A DNA stretch of 64,000 nucleotides from Massalongia carnosa. Taxonomy: Eukaryota. A program made the translations under genes and the position numbers. The notes beneath the pieces are model-generated. The model was given only the letters and a program-made list of their open reading frames with translations, ran no database searches and was not told the origin of the DNA. The DNA lies in the NCBI GenBank assembly GCA_965645245.1, contig OZ287067.1, positions 62,001 through 126,000 on the forward strand, given 5' to 3'. Positions 1 through 10,370 of this stretch are shown piece after piece (within the stretch, counting starts at the first letter, position 1; each line of letters opens with the position of its first letter).

Positions 1-269
1 CTAATCGTCGCCTCGCTTACCTCCGGGATCCGACTTGAAAAAATGTCGACCGCATTTTAGTCGGGGAAAGCGGTTGCTTCCCGGAATGCGGTTGCATCCC
101 CCCAAATTCAAATTTCTTCACCTTTTTTATTATTGACCAACAACCACATTGATTAAAAATCAGCCGATACCGTACATAGCTTGAAAATTATTTCTCCGAC
201 CCAACTGATCATCAATTCAAATTCTTTCCTCTCGAATCAATCCCCCAAACCAATCTCCGCTTTCGTTTC

Positions 270-3200
270 ATGGATAACGACGCCTCCCTTGTCTCCACTC
301 TCAACCCCATGGAAAGATTGGAAAAGGCGAAGGAATTTCTGACAAATCATCCCAAAGAAAATAAAACGACTGCAGCTAGAATATACAATATCAACGTCAA
401 AACTTTGACGTCTTCCATTCGTCGACCAGAAGGGAGGAAAAATGGAGGACAAAATCAGATACTGAGGGAGCATGAGGCAAGGTTAATTACTGGCTTTATT
501 AAGTCCTTACTGATGCATGGAATTCTTCCTACACATCAGATGGTTTTCAAGGCTATTGTAAGTCTGAAAAGGCCCATAACCCCCTCGAGTTAGGCCCGTC
601 AAGAAGATGGTTTCGGAGCTGGTGGAAATATAACAAACTTCATAAAATAAATACAAAACCACTAATAATTATTCGTTATGAAGCTGCCCAAGAATCAGAT
701 GTGATAGAATTGTTTGAAAGGTATAGAGAGGTGTTGAAAGAGTTGAAAATTCGAAAAAGTCGGAACATTTTGAATATTGATGAAGCTGGTTTTCGGGTTG
801 GATGCATGAGGGGTCAGGAAATAATTGTTCCTGAGGAAATCAAACAATTCTACGCCGTCAGCCCGGAAAATCGCAGATCTCCGACAGTTATTGAGACTAT
901 CAATGCTGCCGGCGACTATCCCCCCCTCCAATGATCATCGTACAGGGTCATGACATCATGGCCACATGGTTATTAGAAGGTGTGCCCGAGGGCACGTATG
1001 TCGTGCCCTCTAACAGTGGTTTTACATCTGATAAGATAGCAATTGAATATTTGAAGCATCTTATCAAACATACAAATGCAGGAACTGATGCGGAATGGCA
1101 ATTATTGCTGATAGATAATAATGGCAATTATACAACCCCTGAATTTTCACTTTTGGCCAATGAGAATCGCATTCGACCCTTTCCCTTTATACCGCATTTA
1201 ACTCATTGCAGGCAACCATTAGATGTGGGCGTATTTCAGCCTTATAACCATTGGCATTGCAAAGCTATTGAGGAAGTCGTTGCGTCGTCATTTGTCGAGT
1301 ATTCTCTGTCTCAATTTATACAGGACTTGACTAAAATCAGAAATCATACATTCAAGACTTCTACGATTCGGCATGCATTTGAAAAGTCGGGAATGTGGCC
1401 GATTGATCCAAAGGCATGCATTCGTCAGCTGAAAAATTTCAATCCTAATGATCCCAATGATTCATTAAACAGTCTGAATAATGAGCCCTCATTACCTCTA
1501 CCCCTACCTCGTCAAATCCAACCGACAAAAGTAGCTGACATTGAGTATGGTTTGAGTCAATGGGGACCGAAAATCAGAAACTCCATGCAATAGAGTGATC
1601 CCGCTCGGGCTGAGGAATGGGACTCATTTGTAGACAATACAAATGAAGTTGTTTCGAATGCGATTATCGATGGCACGGAGCTTAAAATGCATCGAGAATC
1701 GAGAAGAAGTCAGTTAAATAACAGACGAATGTCTCGTAAACGTCTGAGACCAGAAACCGGAAGACTGGGAATCACAGCGGAAGATGCAAAGCAGGCTTTA
1801 GCCATCAGACTACAACAGGATTAAGAGGCTGAGGAGAAACGAGCGAATAATAGCTTCATGAAGCTATGGCGAAAAGAAAGAGACGAAATGCATGTCAAGG
1901 GATTGGCTGCTCGAAAAGCAGAAAGCGATCGAGTTAAACAGCTGAAAGAAATGCAGAAAATGCACGGTCCCATTCCAATTAAGATGTATGAGAAGATTCC
2001 TGACCCCGAGGCATTATGGAAGGCCACGAATGAGGTATGGATAGCTGAGGAAGCGAAGAAGGAAATTAGAAAGAATCCGCGTGCCAATGTCAATGAGGAA
2101 GATGTCACGTTTATCGTAGATAGCATTGTGTAATGGGCTACGAGACCAGTAAGCTTATCACGAGCGACACTGATCTCGAAAGGGGAAATGCTCAGCGTGA
2201 GAGGAGGAAGATAGCTACTACGTGCTAGTCTCCGAGAGTATACGTGATCCAAAGAACTAATGGATGTGGAAGTGCTTAGTCCAAGAGATCTCGTCCGAGA
2301 CCCAAACGTAGGTTGTTCATAGAATAAAGACTAATTGCTAACGAATACTACAAGATTCGTTCTGATATTTATCCTACTCACCCCAAGCCTATAGCCTTGG
2401 GAGCCTTGGAACCTTAGGAGCCTTGCAAGCCTTGGGAGTCTTGCGAGCATTACAGCCTTGCAATCCACATCCGACTTTATCGCATTACATCCAACCATCC
2501 CTCAGGATCCATCCACGAACTCGGCGTTCGCTGGATCATCTAGTCAGCCTCGAGCAGCCTTCTAGATCTTCCCTTGCAAGGTAGAACAATTCTACCCCCG
2601 GCTAGATCCCTCACTACATGCCTCAGGCTATGTAGCTTCATTTCGCCGTCACCACTACCTAGTGATGGAAGGTTACCTCCGACTGAATACCTCGCTACAC
2701 TGCGGACCTGCCTCTAGACACAAGGTCTAGACAACGAGGTCATGTAGGTTCATTCAGCCGACATCACTACCAACGTAGTAATAAAGGTTGAAGCTGAAGT
2801 TTACACCGGGGAGCCTAGCTCAAGCTGCGTCCAGCGAGCCGTGCCTCCTGCTACCTCTCTTGATCCATCAAGAGATCCAGTAGCTCCGAGTAGGCCAGTA
2901 GATCCCATATAGAGCTCCTTGGCGTCTCCACAGGAGTCCGCCTTACACTCCATGGCAATCTACCACCACGGCCTCGACAGGTGTTTGATCTGTAAGTAGT
3001 CAAGAACGTGATAACAATAACTCCGAAGTTTCGGGGCAAGATGGCAGTGTGTCAGCCTCGACGGCTTATGCGACTTCGTACTACGGCATGGTCCACGCTA
3101 GTTAATCCCGCAACCGCCATAGGCGATCACGTATCCCTCTAGCGCCATCCGTATTACACACTGGTCATGGAGATAATTCAATCCTTCCAGATCTTCCAGA

Positions 3201-3309
3201 AGGAGAAACATGGCTACGAGATGATTTCGTATCTTTCGATTTGGAAGAATCATTGAAAGAATTCGATTCGGAAGCATCTTTTCAACCAGGAGATGCGAAT
3301 GATTGTTAG
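270..3309 (+). pseudogene. Fot1/pogo transposase (N-terminal HTH, DDE_1-type catalytic domain), broken by stops, frameshifts and a solo LTR
   Basis: ORF pieces 270-593, 701-934 (NIDEAGF), 931-1593 (LLIDN..., QPLDVGVF), 1858-2128; frame resumes after the LTR and ends at TAG 3307-3309. Confidence 0.9.
2129..3158 (+). mobile_element. ~1.03-kb solo LTR (family X, copy 1)
   Basis: TGTAAT...ATTACA ends; near-perfect 5-bp TSD CATTG/CACTG; near-identical inverted copy at 34499-35526; internal GAGCCTTG-type tandem repeats; strand is relative. Confidence 0.88.
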
Positions 3310-4194
3310 AATGGGGGGAATGCGTGGTATGCGGAGTAAGCAGAGAATCACGAGGGTCAGGGGGTCAGGGGAGTCAAGGAAAATGATTTTGACGACGGTG
3401 ATGATGACGGCGATGATTTTCAAGCTATGTACGGTATCGGCTGATTTTTAATTAATGTGGTTGTTGGTCGATGATCAAAAAGATGAAGAAATTTGAATTT
3501 GGGGGGATGCAACCGCTTTCCGGGATGCAACCGCTTTCCCCGACTAAAATGCGGTCGACATTTTTTCAAGTCGGATCCCGGAGGTAAGCGAGCCGACGAT
3601 TATCAAAGCTATCCAAATAGATGCAAGAAATCAAAACTCTAAGCATCATTGAGAAGCAGCATCAGTTGTCACGATAATATATCATAGCATGCTTTCGTAC
3701 TTTAATACTTGCTTATCTCCGTGATAGGCCCGGCTTAACTCTTTGGTCCTTCCATGATAGGAGCAGGTCCAGATTGGGACTGGCCTAGATTATCTGTATA
3801 TAGACGAGCTTGCTCGCATATCTCAATGGACATCCTTTTACGGAGGCGAATCTCAAAAGTAATGATAATACGCTAAAGACTAGCGCCGTAATTTAGATTT
3901 TCCATACCGAGCCATAAATTCTACCAACTATCTACAAATGCCATTACCATCCATCTAATCAACGTCTTTTTGGTCTGAAACTGGCTGCAGTACGAACCAC
4001 CTTTTGAATGCGTGGGGGAAGGTGATTTTTCGGAGATAAATGAGATGGTTCTATGTCACGTGAGGCCCCTGAGTCAAAGTAAATTAAGAATCACCCTCTG
4101 AAAATTCTTTCCTCATTCACTTCTTCTCACTCGGCCTCATCTATCTCACTGACTCGTCGTCGACCCCACGTTGTCTCGGTGCCCCTACCTCCCA

Positions 4195-5208
4195 ATGACG
4201 AACACCCGTTCCCAAAGCACCTTGATGGACGACATAGTCCCCGACCCCCAGGAGATTGTCGGATTGACGCAGGCCCAATCCAATCAAATCTTCGCCCTAC
4301 AAAAGAAGAAAGCCGAGGCGGAAGCGAAGGCGGCCGAGGCTGAGGCTAGAATTGCCGAGTCCAAGGCATTGGTCGCCGAGACGGAGGTGGAAAAAATGCA
4401 GCTAGAAATCGACTGCATGCGCCGAGAATCTGACGCCCGAATAGCGGCCGTCATTCCTGCTGGCAAGCCGAGTCGTGTCGTCGGCGATGACGACGAGGAC
4501 CTAGGTGAGATCCCTCTCGAAGTAAGAAGCATAGCACCCCGTTTCGCGGGCCTACCACAGGACGAGATCATCAAGATCTTTTCAAATAAATTCAAAGCCA
4601 TAAACCTCTCCCGCCTCCGACACATGCACGGCATGCAATACGAGTCATACAAGGATCAAGACCGCATCGGCATCGAAGACGGCGCCTTGAGGTTGAGAAA
4701 GGCATCCGGGACCTACAAAGATTTCGGAAAGACAGTTCATGACGTCCGGACCGAGAGCTTCATCAACTACACCTCGATCATGGTCAGTCTTTTCGGGAAA
4801 TCGAGTCAACAGCTTCACGCCACCATGTCGGCATTCCACGGAAAAATCCTCACGCTGGCCAAGGTGTACGAGTGGCAGGAAGCAGTCCTCCCCCTCGCCA
4901 TCGAAACCCACACCCACATCATCGCGTCTCAGCCATCCGACGCATCCCAATGGAAAATGCCCGACGAATTCCAAGCTCGATTCTGCACCCCCCTCACAGT
5001 CCTACGCCGTCGCCGCTCACGATCCCCGCCGTCCCGACGACCGACCCCGAGAGGAGACAGGGCCGAGAGGGCCGAGAAGGCAGCGGGGGAAATCTGCGAC
5101 AAGTACAACAGCGGCACCTGCACCTGGCCGTCGTGCTACCGACAGCACAAATGCAAATCGTGCGGCGCGGCTGGGCATGGCCAGAAGACATGCCCAACGA
5201 AGAAATAG
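4195..5208 (+). CDS. gag-like ORF1 of YR retrotransposon 1 (coiled coil, C-terminal Cys/His fingers)
   Basis: Open frame ending CDKYNSGTCTWPSCYRQHKCKSCGAAGHGQKTC; same finger layout as ORF 28361-29515. Confidence 0.8.
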   Translation: MTNTRSQSTLMDDIVPDPQEIVGLTQAQSNQIFALQKKKAEAEAKAAEAEARIAESKALVAETEVEKMQLEIDCMRRESDARIAAVIPAGKPSRVVGDDDEDLGEIPLEVRSIAPRFAGLPQDEIIKIFSNKFKAINLSRLRHMHGMQYESYKDQDRIGIEDGALRLRKASGTYKDFGKTVHDVRTESFINYTSIMVSLFGKSSQQLHATMSAFHGKILTLAKVYEWQEAVLPLAIETHTHIIASQPSDASQWKMPDEFQARFCTPLTVLRRRRSRSPPSRRPTPRGDRAERAEKAAGEICDKYNSGTCTWPSCYRQHKCKSCGAAGHGQKTCPTKK

Positions 5209-6959
5209 GGGGTTGGTGCAGGAGGCAGTAGAATAGCTTCAATAGCTGAATTCATGACGTCCCATCCCTGCTTACCTGCACCAATCAGACCAAATACAAT
5301 CCCTTCGTTTCAACTCGTAGACGCATCTCGTCAGCGTTTGAAAGACAGCCCATCTCCCCTCGTACCGTCCGCATGGGCAACCCTACTTCAAGAGTATCCG
5401 GGCCCCCTCCGAGTCCATCTGCCCATGATCCTTCGTTTCGGAGTACAAATCGGATACGAAGGCCCCACAGACATCCTTCGGATCGAAAAAAATCTGACAT
5501 CAGCGAGGACCCGGAAACGATCGAGAATAAGCTTCAAGAGGACCTCAGGAAGGGCCGAGTCAGACGAATAGCCGCCCCGAGTCAGCCATTTGTGGCCTCC
5601 CCCCTCGGCTTGGTCCCGAAACATGACGGAGGATGGCGACGCATTCATCATCTGTCTCATCCCAATCAAACATCAGTCAACGACAACATTCCAGAAGAGG
5701 CATCCAAATTACAATACGCCAGACTCGACGACATTATTCAATTGATTCTGTCAGAGGGCAAAGGTGCTGTCATAGTGAAAAGAGACGTCAAAGACGCCTT
5801 TCGAAACGTTCCCGTCGCACCTCATCATCAATGGCTTCTGGGTTTCGGATGGAATGACGAATTCTACACCGAGACATGCCTTTCGTTCGGACTGTCGACG
5901 GCCACGGCCCCGTTCATCTTCAATCTTTTTGCGGAAGGCTTTCATTGGATTTTGGAATCCTTTCTACAATGGAGATTACATCACTATCTAGACGACTTCG
6001 TTGCAATTTTCCCATCCGAGACATCGTCAGAACGATTGCACCAAGAAACAAAAGCCTACAACATTCTCACCGACATTCTCGGCATTCCGAGAAACGACTC
6101 AAAAGACGCCGAGGGAACGACAGCGACAGTCTTCGGACTCGAGGTCGACACCATCAACAGTCTTATTCGTCTGCCAGCGGACAAGCTGGAAAAAGCGAGA
6201 ATCATCACTAAAAAGGCACTAAACGAGACGACAATCAGCCTCGGCGACATGCAGTCAATAGCGGGCTTCCTAAGCTTCTGCGCACAGGCAGTCAAATTGG
6301 GCCGAGTCTTCTTACGATTATTCTGGAATTTTATAGCCTCATTTCCCTCGGGCAGTCATCGTCGGGTCAAAAGAAGAATTCCCACATGGGTCAGACAGGA
6401 TCTCATCTGGTGGAACAAACTTTTAGTGGACTTCAACGGTATTGTCTTCTTCGAGACGTCAACACGAGACACGATCAAGGTGCATACGGATGCATGCCTC
6501 ACGGGTCTCGGAGGCTATTTTCAACAAGACAACGAGCTCGTGAATCAAAAAAACGCATGTAGGGCCCGAGTCCTAGTCCTCAATCAGGAAGAAGCACCGA
6601 GCATAAACGTCAGAGAAGTCGAGGCTATCCTTCTAATCCTTCAGAAATGGGCGCCGACATGGCGACATCGACAGATCCTTGTCTTTACCGACAGCAACAC
6701 AACATACACAGGATTCACGAATCTAACCCTCAAAGGACCGGCCAACGCGCCTCTACGAGAAATACTGTCCATAGCTGCAAAGTGGGACATCGTACTACGT
6801 TGTCAATGGATCAGTGGCACTTCCAATGGACTAGCAGATGCCCTGTCACGTTTTGATGATGAAAGATTGGCTAACTTTTGCCCTCATTGGCAGAACCCAT
6901 ACAATTCGATGAACCTCCCTCCACCTACCTATCCTCCACATCAGGGTCAGCCCTGGTAA
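5209..6959 (+). pseudogene. Reverse transcriptase/RNase H of YR retrotransposon 1 (one frameshift near 5500)
   Basis: SPLGLVPK..GGWRRIHHLS, KRDVKDAFR, YLDDF, TDAC, N..ADALSR; N-terminal part lies in the gag frame. Confidence 0.88.
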
Positions 6960-8308
6960 AACGCCTCGTCTGGCACGGACACTCGGCGGACACGAGAAAA
7001 GGGTACGGGACGGCGATCGACTCATACGAGGCATTCTGCGCGACGACGGGACGCACGTCGTGGCCTGCAACAACCGAGTCCCTCGAGGAATGGCTAGCCG
7101 GTCGACTATACGGGGGCGGCACACCCAAGCAGGGAAAGATAAAACCAGAGACGGCAGCGAGCTACCTCGCCGGCCTCAGATCATACCATGTAGACCGTGT
7201 CAGATGGTAGGGGCTACCATCATGGGCATTCATCTAGTGCTTATCTTCGGCGACTCTACCACGGGGACCGAGATGACCTCCGGGGGCCGAGATTACCTCC
7301 GGGGACCGAGATTCAGTGGACCGGCTGACTCCTTATGAAAAGGGTCGCCGAAAGGTCTCCAATGTGACTGCTATATAATGAAGTAGATAGCTCACATATA
7401 ATCCATACCTTCAATGACAATCATGCTATTATACCTACACGTGAATTTTACTATTCATCAGACCGAGGATACGGCCTCACCCCATTCGAGGGGCCGAGAC
7501 TTCAATTGATGCTGAAAGGGGGAAAAAGGATCTTTTCTCAGACAAAAAGAAGACGCCTACCCATTTCAAAAGAATTACTGACAAATATCACCAGTATTCC
7601 CGCTCATTCGACCGAAGACCTCAACATCGACGCGACATTCAAAGTTGCATGGCAGGGTTCCTCAGACTCGGGGAAATCACCTACACTGTCGCCGATCGTA
7701 AGAAGACATCTTTTCAGAGATTGAAACCTACACGAGGTGACATCTCATTCGCCGAGAACGATCAATACGCGACATTACGTCTCAAAAGAAGCAAAACAGA
7801 CACAAATCACTCAGGAGTTCAGATAGTGCTGGCAGCGACCAATGAGAGCACTTGCCCCGTGACAGCACTACGGCGTCTTTTCAGAAATGATCCTCAGCCA
7901 TCTACATCCCCGCTTTTTCGTCTCGGCACCGCATTCACCAGAGCCTCCGTCATAGCATCCCTGAAAAAGAGACTGATAGCCGCCGGCATCAACGACTCGG
8001 CATACTCGGGACACAGCTTCAGAAAAGGAGCAGCACAACACGCCGCCGACCACGGGATGCTGGATGAGAGTATTCAGAGACTCGGAAGATGGTCATCAAA
8101 CGCGTTTCAGCTATACTTTCAGACGTCCCAGGCCTCACTATTCAATTTGAACCTCAGTTTTCAAAAAGGCATCCCTCTGGCAGTCCCACGTGCTGTCGTC
8201 GCCGAGACGAATCCTACAAACTCCTACCCCTACTCAATTGGGCATTCCATTGGGCGTACAGGTCAACCAGGGCATCGATCCGGAGCGCCGCCGGGCACCT
8301 CCATCTAG
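6878..8308 (+). pseudogene. Tyrosine recombinase of YR retrotransposon 1, interrupted by a solo LTR and a frameshift
   Basis: FLRLGE, SKTD, GHSFRKG, LGRWSS..F.LY motifs; frame continues across the GACCG TSD. Confidence 0.88.
7198..7460 (+). mobile_element. Solo LTR (family Y, copy 1, 263 bp)
   Basis: TG...CA ends; TSD GACCG; matches 42969-43212 except for one extra 19-bp tandem unit. Confidence 0.92.
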
Positions 8309-8544
8309 ATCATCGCCGTCGGGCACTGCCGTCGGGCATCATCTATCGGATCGTTGAGCGTCAGCAGACGCCTCGGGCCTAGAAGATGAGGTTCTCACCT
8401 CAGCACCGACCCCGAGTCACGTGCCTAGGCCTGCCCGGGCTGACCTGTGTCGTTCCCATGCCCAATCAAATTCAAGCATTCAAATCAATTCATCCAATTA
8501 AAAGCCCCCCCCAGCGCAAGCGAAGGTAACGGCACCGATAAGGG

Positions 8545-10074
8545 TCATAGAACGGCTCTTTTTCTCAATAAGGGGGGTGTCAATGGCTTCTGTGTAGGGG
8601 GCTCAGGGGTAACTGCCCTGACATTCAACGGGCTGGATGTATCATCATTTGATTGTCTGGATGATGGTCTCGTTGACGCCACAGAAGAAGAAGAAGAAGA
8701 AGAAGAAGCTGGTTTTGCTGTATTACTGAGCAATTCTTCCCTCAGCTGTTGAAGTCGCATTTTTCCTTCTTTGGTCCGTCCATCAACGTCCAAACGTCCT
8801 TCGAAATACTCATTTCCACCTTCCAATTCAATGACTTTTGCAATGTGACGTGGAATTCTTTCAATCCATGCCTGAATATTCTCCTGAAGTAGATCGTCCC
8901 AAGTGCGATGCCACATAGATTCAGCAATTAACCGAGAACTAGGAGGACTTTTGGCAGTTGTACGTCGCTTCATACAGGCCCAGCAGGGTTCAATCATGTT
9001 GAGATCAGGAGAATTTCCGGGCCATAAAAGACGCTCGATGCCATGACGAGAGAAGATGGGAATCTGATGCTTGGAAGCATGAGACGGAGCCTTATCTTCC
9101 CGTACGATCATTTCAGACAATCCGGCTTCTCTTCTTTTTGCATTGCATTGCTGAGCAAAAGGAATCAGTTTTGGCAGAAGTATGACGTTTTGATACCGCC
9201 ACCAATCAATGCCTCCTTTACCTTCTTTTCTGATCATCTTTCCATGTTCCTCATCCCATTTCCATTGCGGCATTTTTCCTGGTAAATTGCGAGTTGAAAG
9301 ACGTCTCATTCCATTGGTCAGCTCCCAATTTAATCTCTCACTGGCTTCCAATGCAGCATTCATCTCGTCAAGCTTGGTTTTGGCTTCCGCTTTTTCCGCT
9401 TTTGTCTCCGGTTTCCAGCAATGACATGGCCCCTTCCACTCGTAGGAAAAGCATCCCCAAAACATGAATTCATGAGCCCCATGCCACCTGGCACGTACGG
9501 TGGATTTGACTGGTCTTCTTCCTTCCTTGGTTGTACGCCAAATTTTGACAGCTCCGCGACGGTGACCAAGCACTATTGCTGTTTCATCTGACCAAATAAC
9601 CCGCTTCCAATCCTCCACGGTCCAGTCTTTATACAGGAGACAAAAAGCCAGTCTAGCCGCTTTCATTTCAGGAGTAAGCCCTGGTCTATACGACGGTTTG
9701 ACTTTTTTATAGCCTCTTTGTTTCAGGATTCTCCACACGGTGCATCTGGACAGTCCAACTTCTCTTGCCAACTGGGCACTGGGTTTTTCACGGGCGTATC
9801 TGTCTTTTATGACTAGATCAATGACTTCATCTTCTTTCTCAGTAGTAGCCTTTCTCGGTCGACCAGATTTTTCTTCATGACGGGCGTATTTATCAAACAC
9901 CTGCAAAGAAATGGCGGGATCAAATCCTCGATCCCTGGCAATGCGACGAATACGATAAATGTTGGGGACAGAATAACCTGTAGTAGCTGCAATAAATTCA
10001 ATTGAGGCCGGGGTGCAATAAGACAACGTCAAGACCTGAGCCCGCAAAGAAATATCAGCTGATTTATTGACCAT
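8545..10074 (-). CDS. Tc1 DD34E transposase (C-terminal tail probably cut by the YR insertion)
   Basis: GRPRK, WSDET, WGCF; D(34)E spacing in REDKAPSH...WPGNSPDLNMIE; open 509-aa frame. Confidence 0.92.
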   Translation of the reverse strand: MVNKSADISLRAQVLTLSYCTPASIEFIAATTGYSVPNIYRIRRIARDRGFDPAISLQVFDKYARHEEKSGRPRKATTEKEDEVIDLVIKDRYAREKPSAQLAREVGLSRCTVWRILKQRGYKKVKPSYRPGLTPEMKAARLAFCLLYKDWTVEDWKRVIWSDETAIVLGHRRGAVKIWRTTKEGRRPVKSTVRARWHGAHEFMFWGCFSYEWKGPCHCWKPETKAEKAEAKTKLDEMNAALEASERLNWELTNGMRRLSTRNLPGKMPQWKWDEEHGKMIRKEGKGGIDWWRYQNVILLPKLIPFAQQCNAKRREAGLSEMIVREDKAPSHASKHQIPIFSRHGIERLLWPGNSPDLNMIEPCWACMKRRTTAKSPPSSRLIAESMWHRTWDDLLQENIQAWIERIPRHIAKVIELEGGNEYFEGRLDVDGRTKEGKMRLQQLREELLSNTAKPASSSSSSSSVASTRPSSRQSNDDTSSPLNVRAVTPEPPTQKPLTPPLLRKRAVL

Positions 10075-10370
10075 GATGATGATTTGATCAAATGTTGGTT
10101 CGTAAATGATTTGGGATGAGAAAAGGGGAAAGAAAAGGGGAAAATTTGCTCGGTACGGAAAATTTAAATTACGGCACTAGCTTATAGCGTATTATCATTA
10201 CTTTTGAGATTCGCCTCTGTACACACCCTTATTATGATGATTACCTTTACAAATGGTAGCGCTGTCTCGCAGTACAATTGATTACTGTATAGATCACCAG
10301 GAGGAGTCCTCCACCAGAAGTAGCACTTCAACCAGTCTTCCTGCCAAAGCTCACCTCGGTTGAATTCACC

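Larger units (their letters stand above)
4..3600 (+). mobile_element. Fot1/pogo-like (Tc1/mariner superfamily) DNA transposon, degenerate, carrying a solo LTR
   Basis: ~185-bp terminal inverted repeats (4-188 vs 3416-3600; ATCGTCGCCTCGCTTACCTCC.../...GGAGGTAAGCGAGCCGACGAT); TA at 2-3 and 3601-3602; internal transposase remnants. Confidence 0.93.
4048..8553 (+). mobile_element. Tyrosine-recombinase (Ngaro/DIRS-group) retrotransposon 1
   Basis: gag, RT/RNaseH and YR ORFs in Ngaro order; ends inferred from the 8-bp inverted repeat GTTCTATG/CATAGAAC; removing it lets the host Tc1 ORF continue into the flank; exact ends +/- a few bp. Confidence 0.85.
3841..10219 (-). mobile_element. Tc1-family DD34E DNA transposon inserted in the Gypsy A 5' LTR and carrying a YR retrotransposon
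   Basis: ~72-bp imperfect TIRs (C[G/A]GAGGCGAATCTCAAAAGTAATGATAATACGCTA...); TA TSD at 3839-3840 and 10220-10221. Confidence 0.93.
3667..10251 (+). repeat. 5' LTR of Gypsy A, split into 3667-3840 and 10220-10251
   Basis: The two halves joined at the duplicated TA reproduce the 3' LTR 16904-17107. Confidence 0.9.

Noticed and set aside
2851..3039. Repeated small ORFs (MPRNFGV..., MVNGPVT..., MLRASAS..., MVCVTRL...)
   Set aside because: They recur only because they lie inside LTRs or split repeats; no recognisable domain
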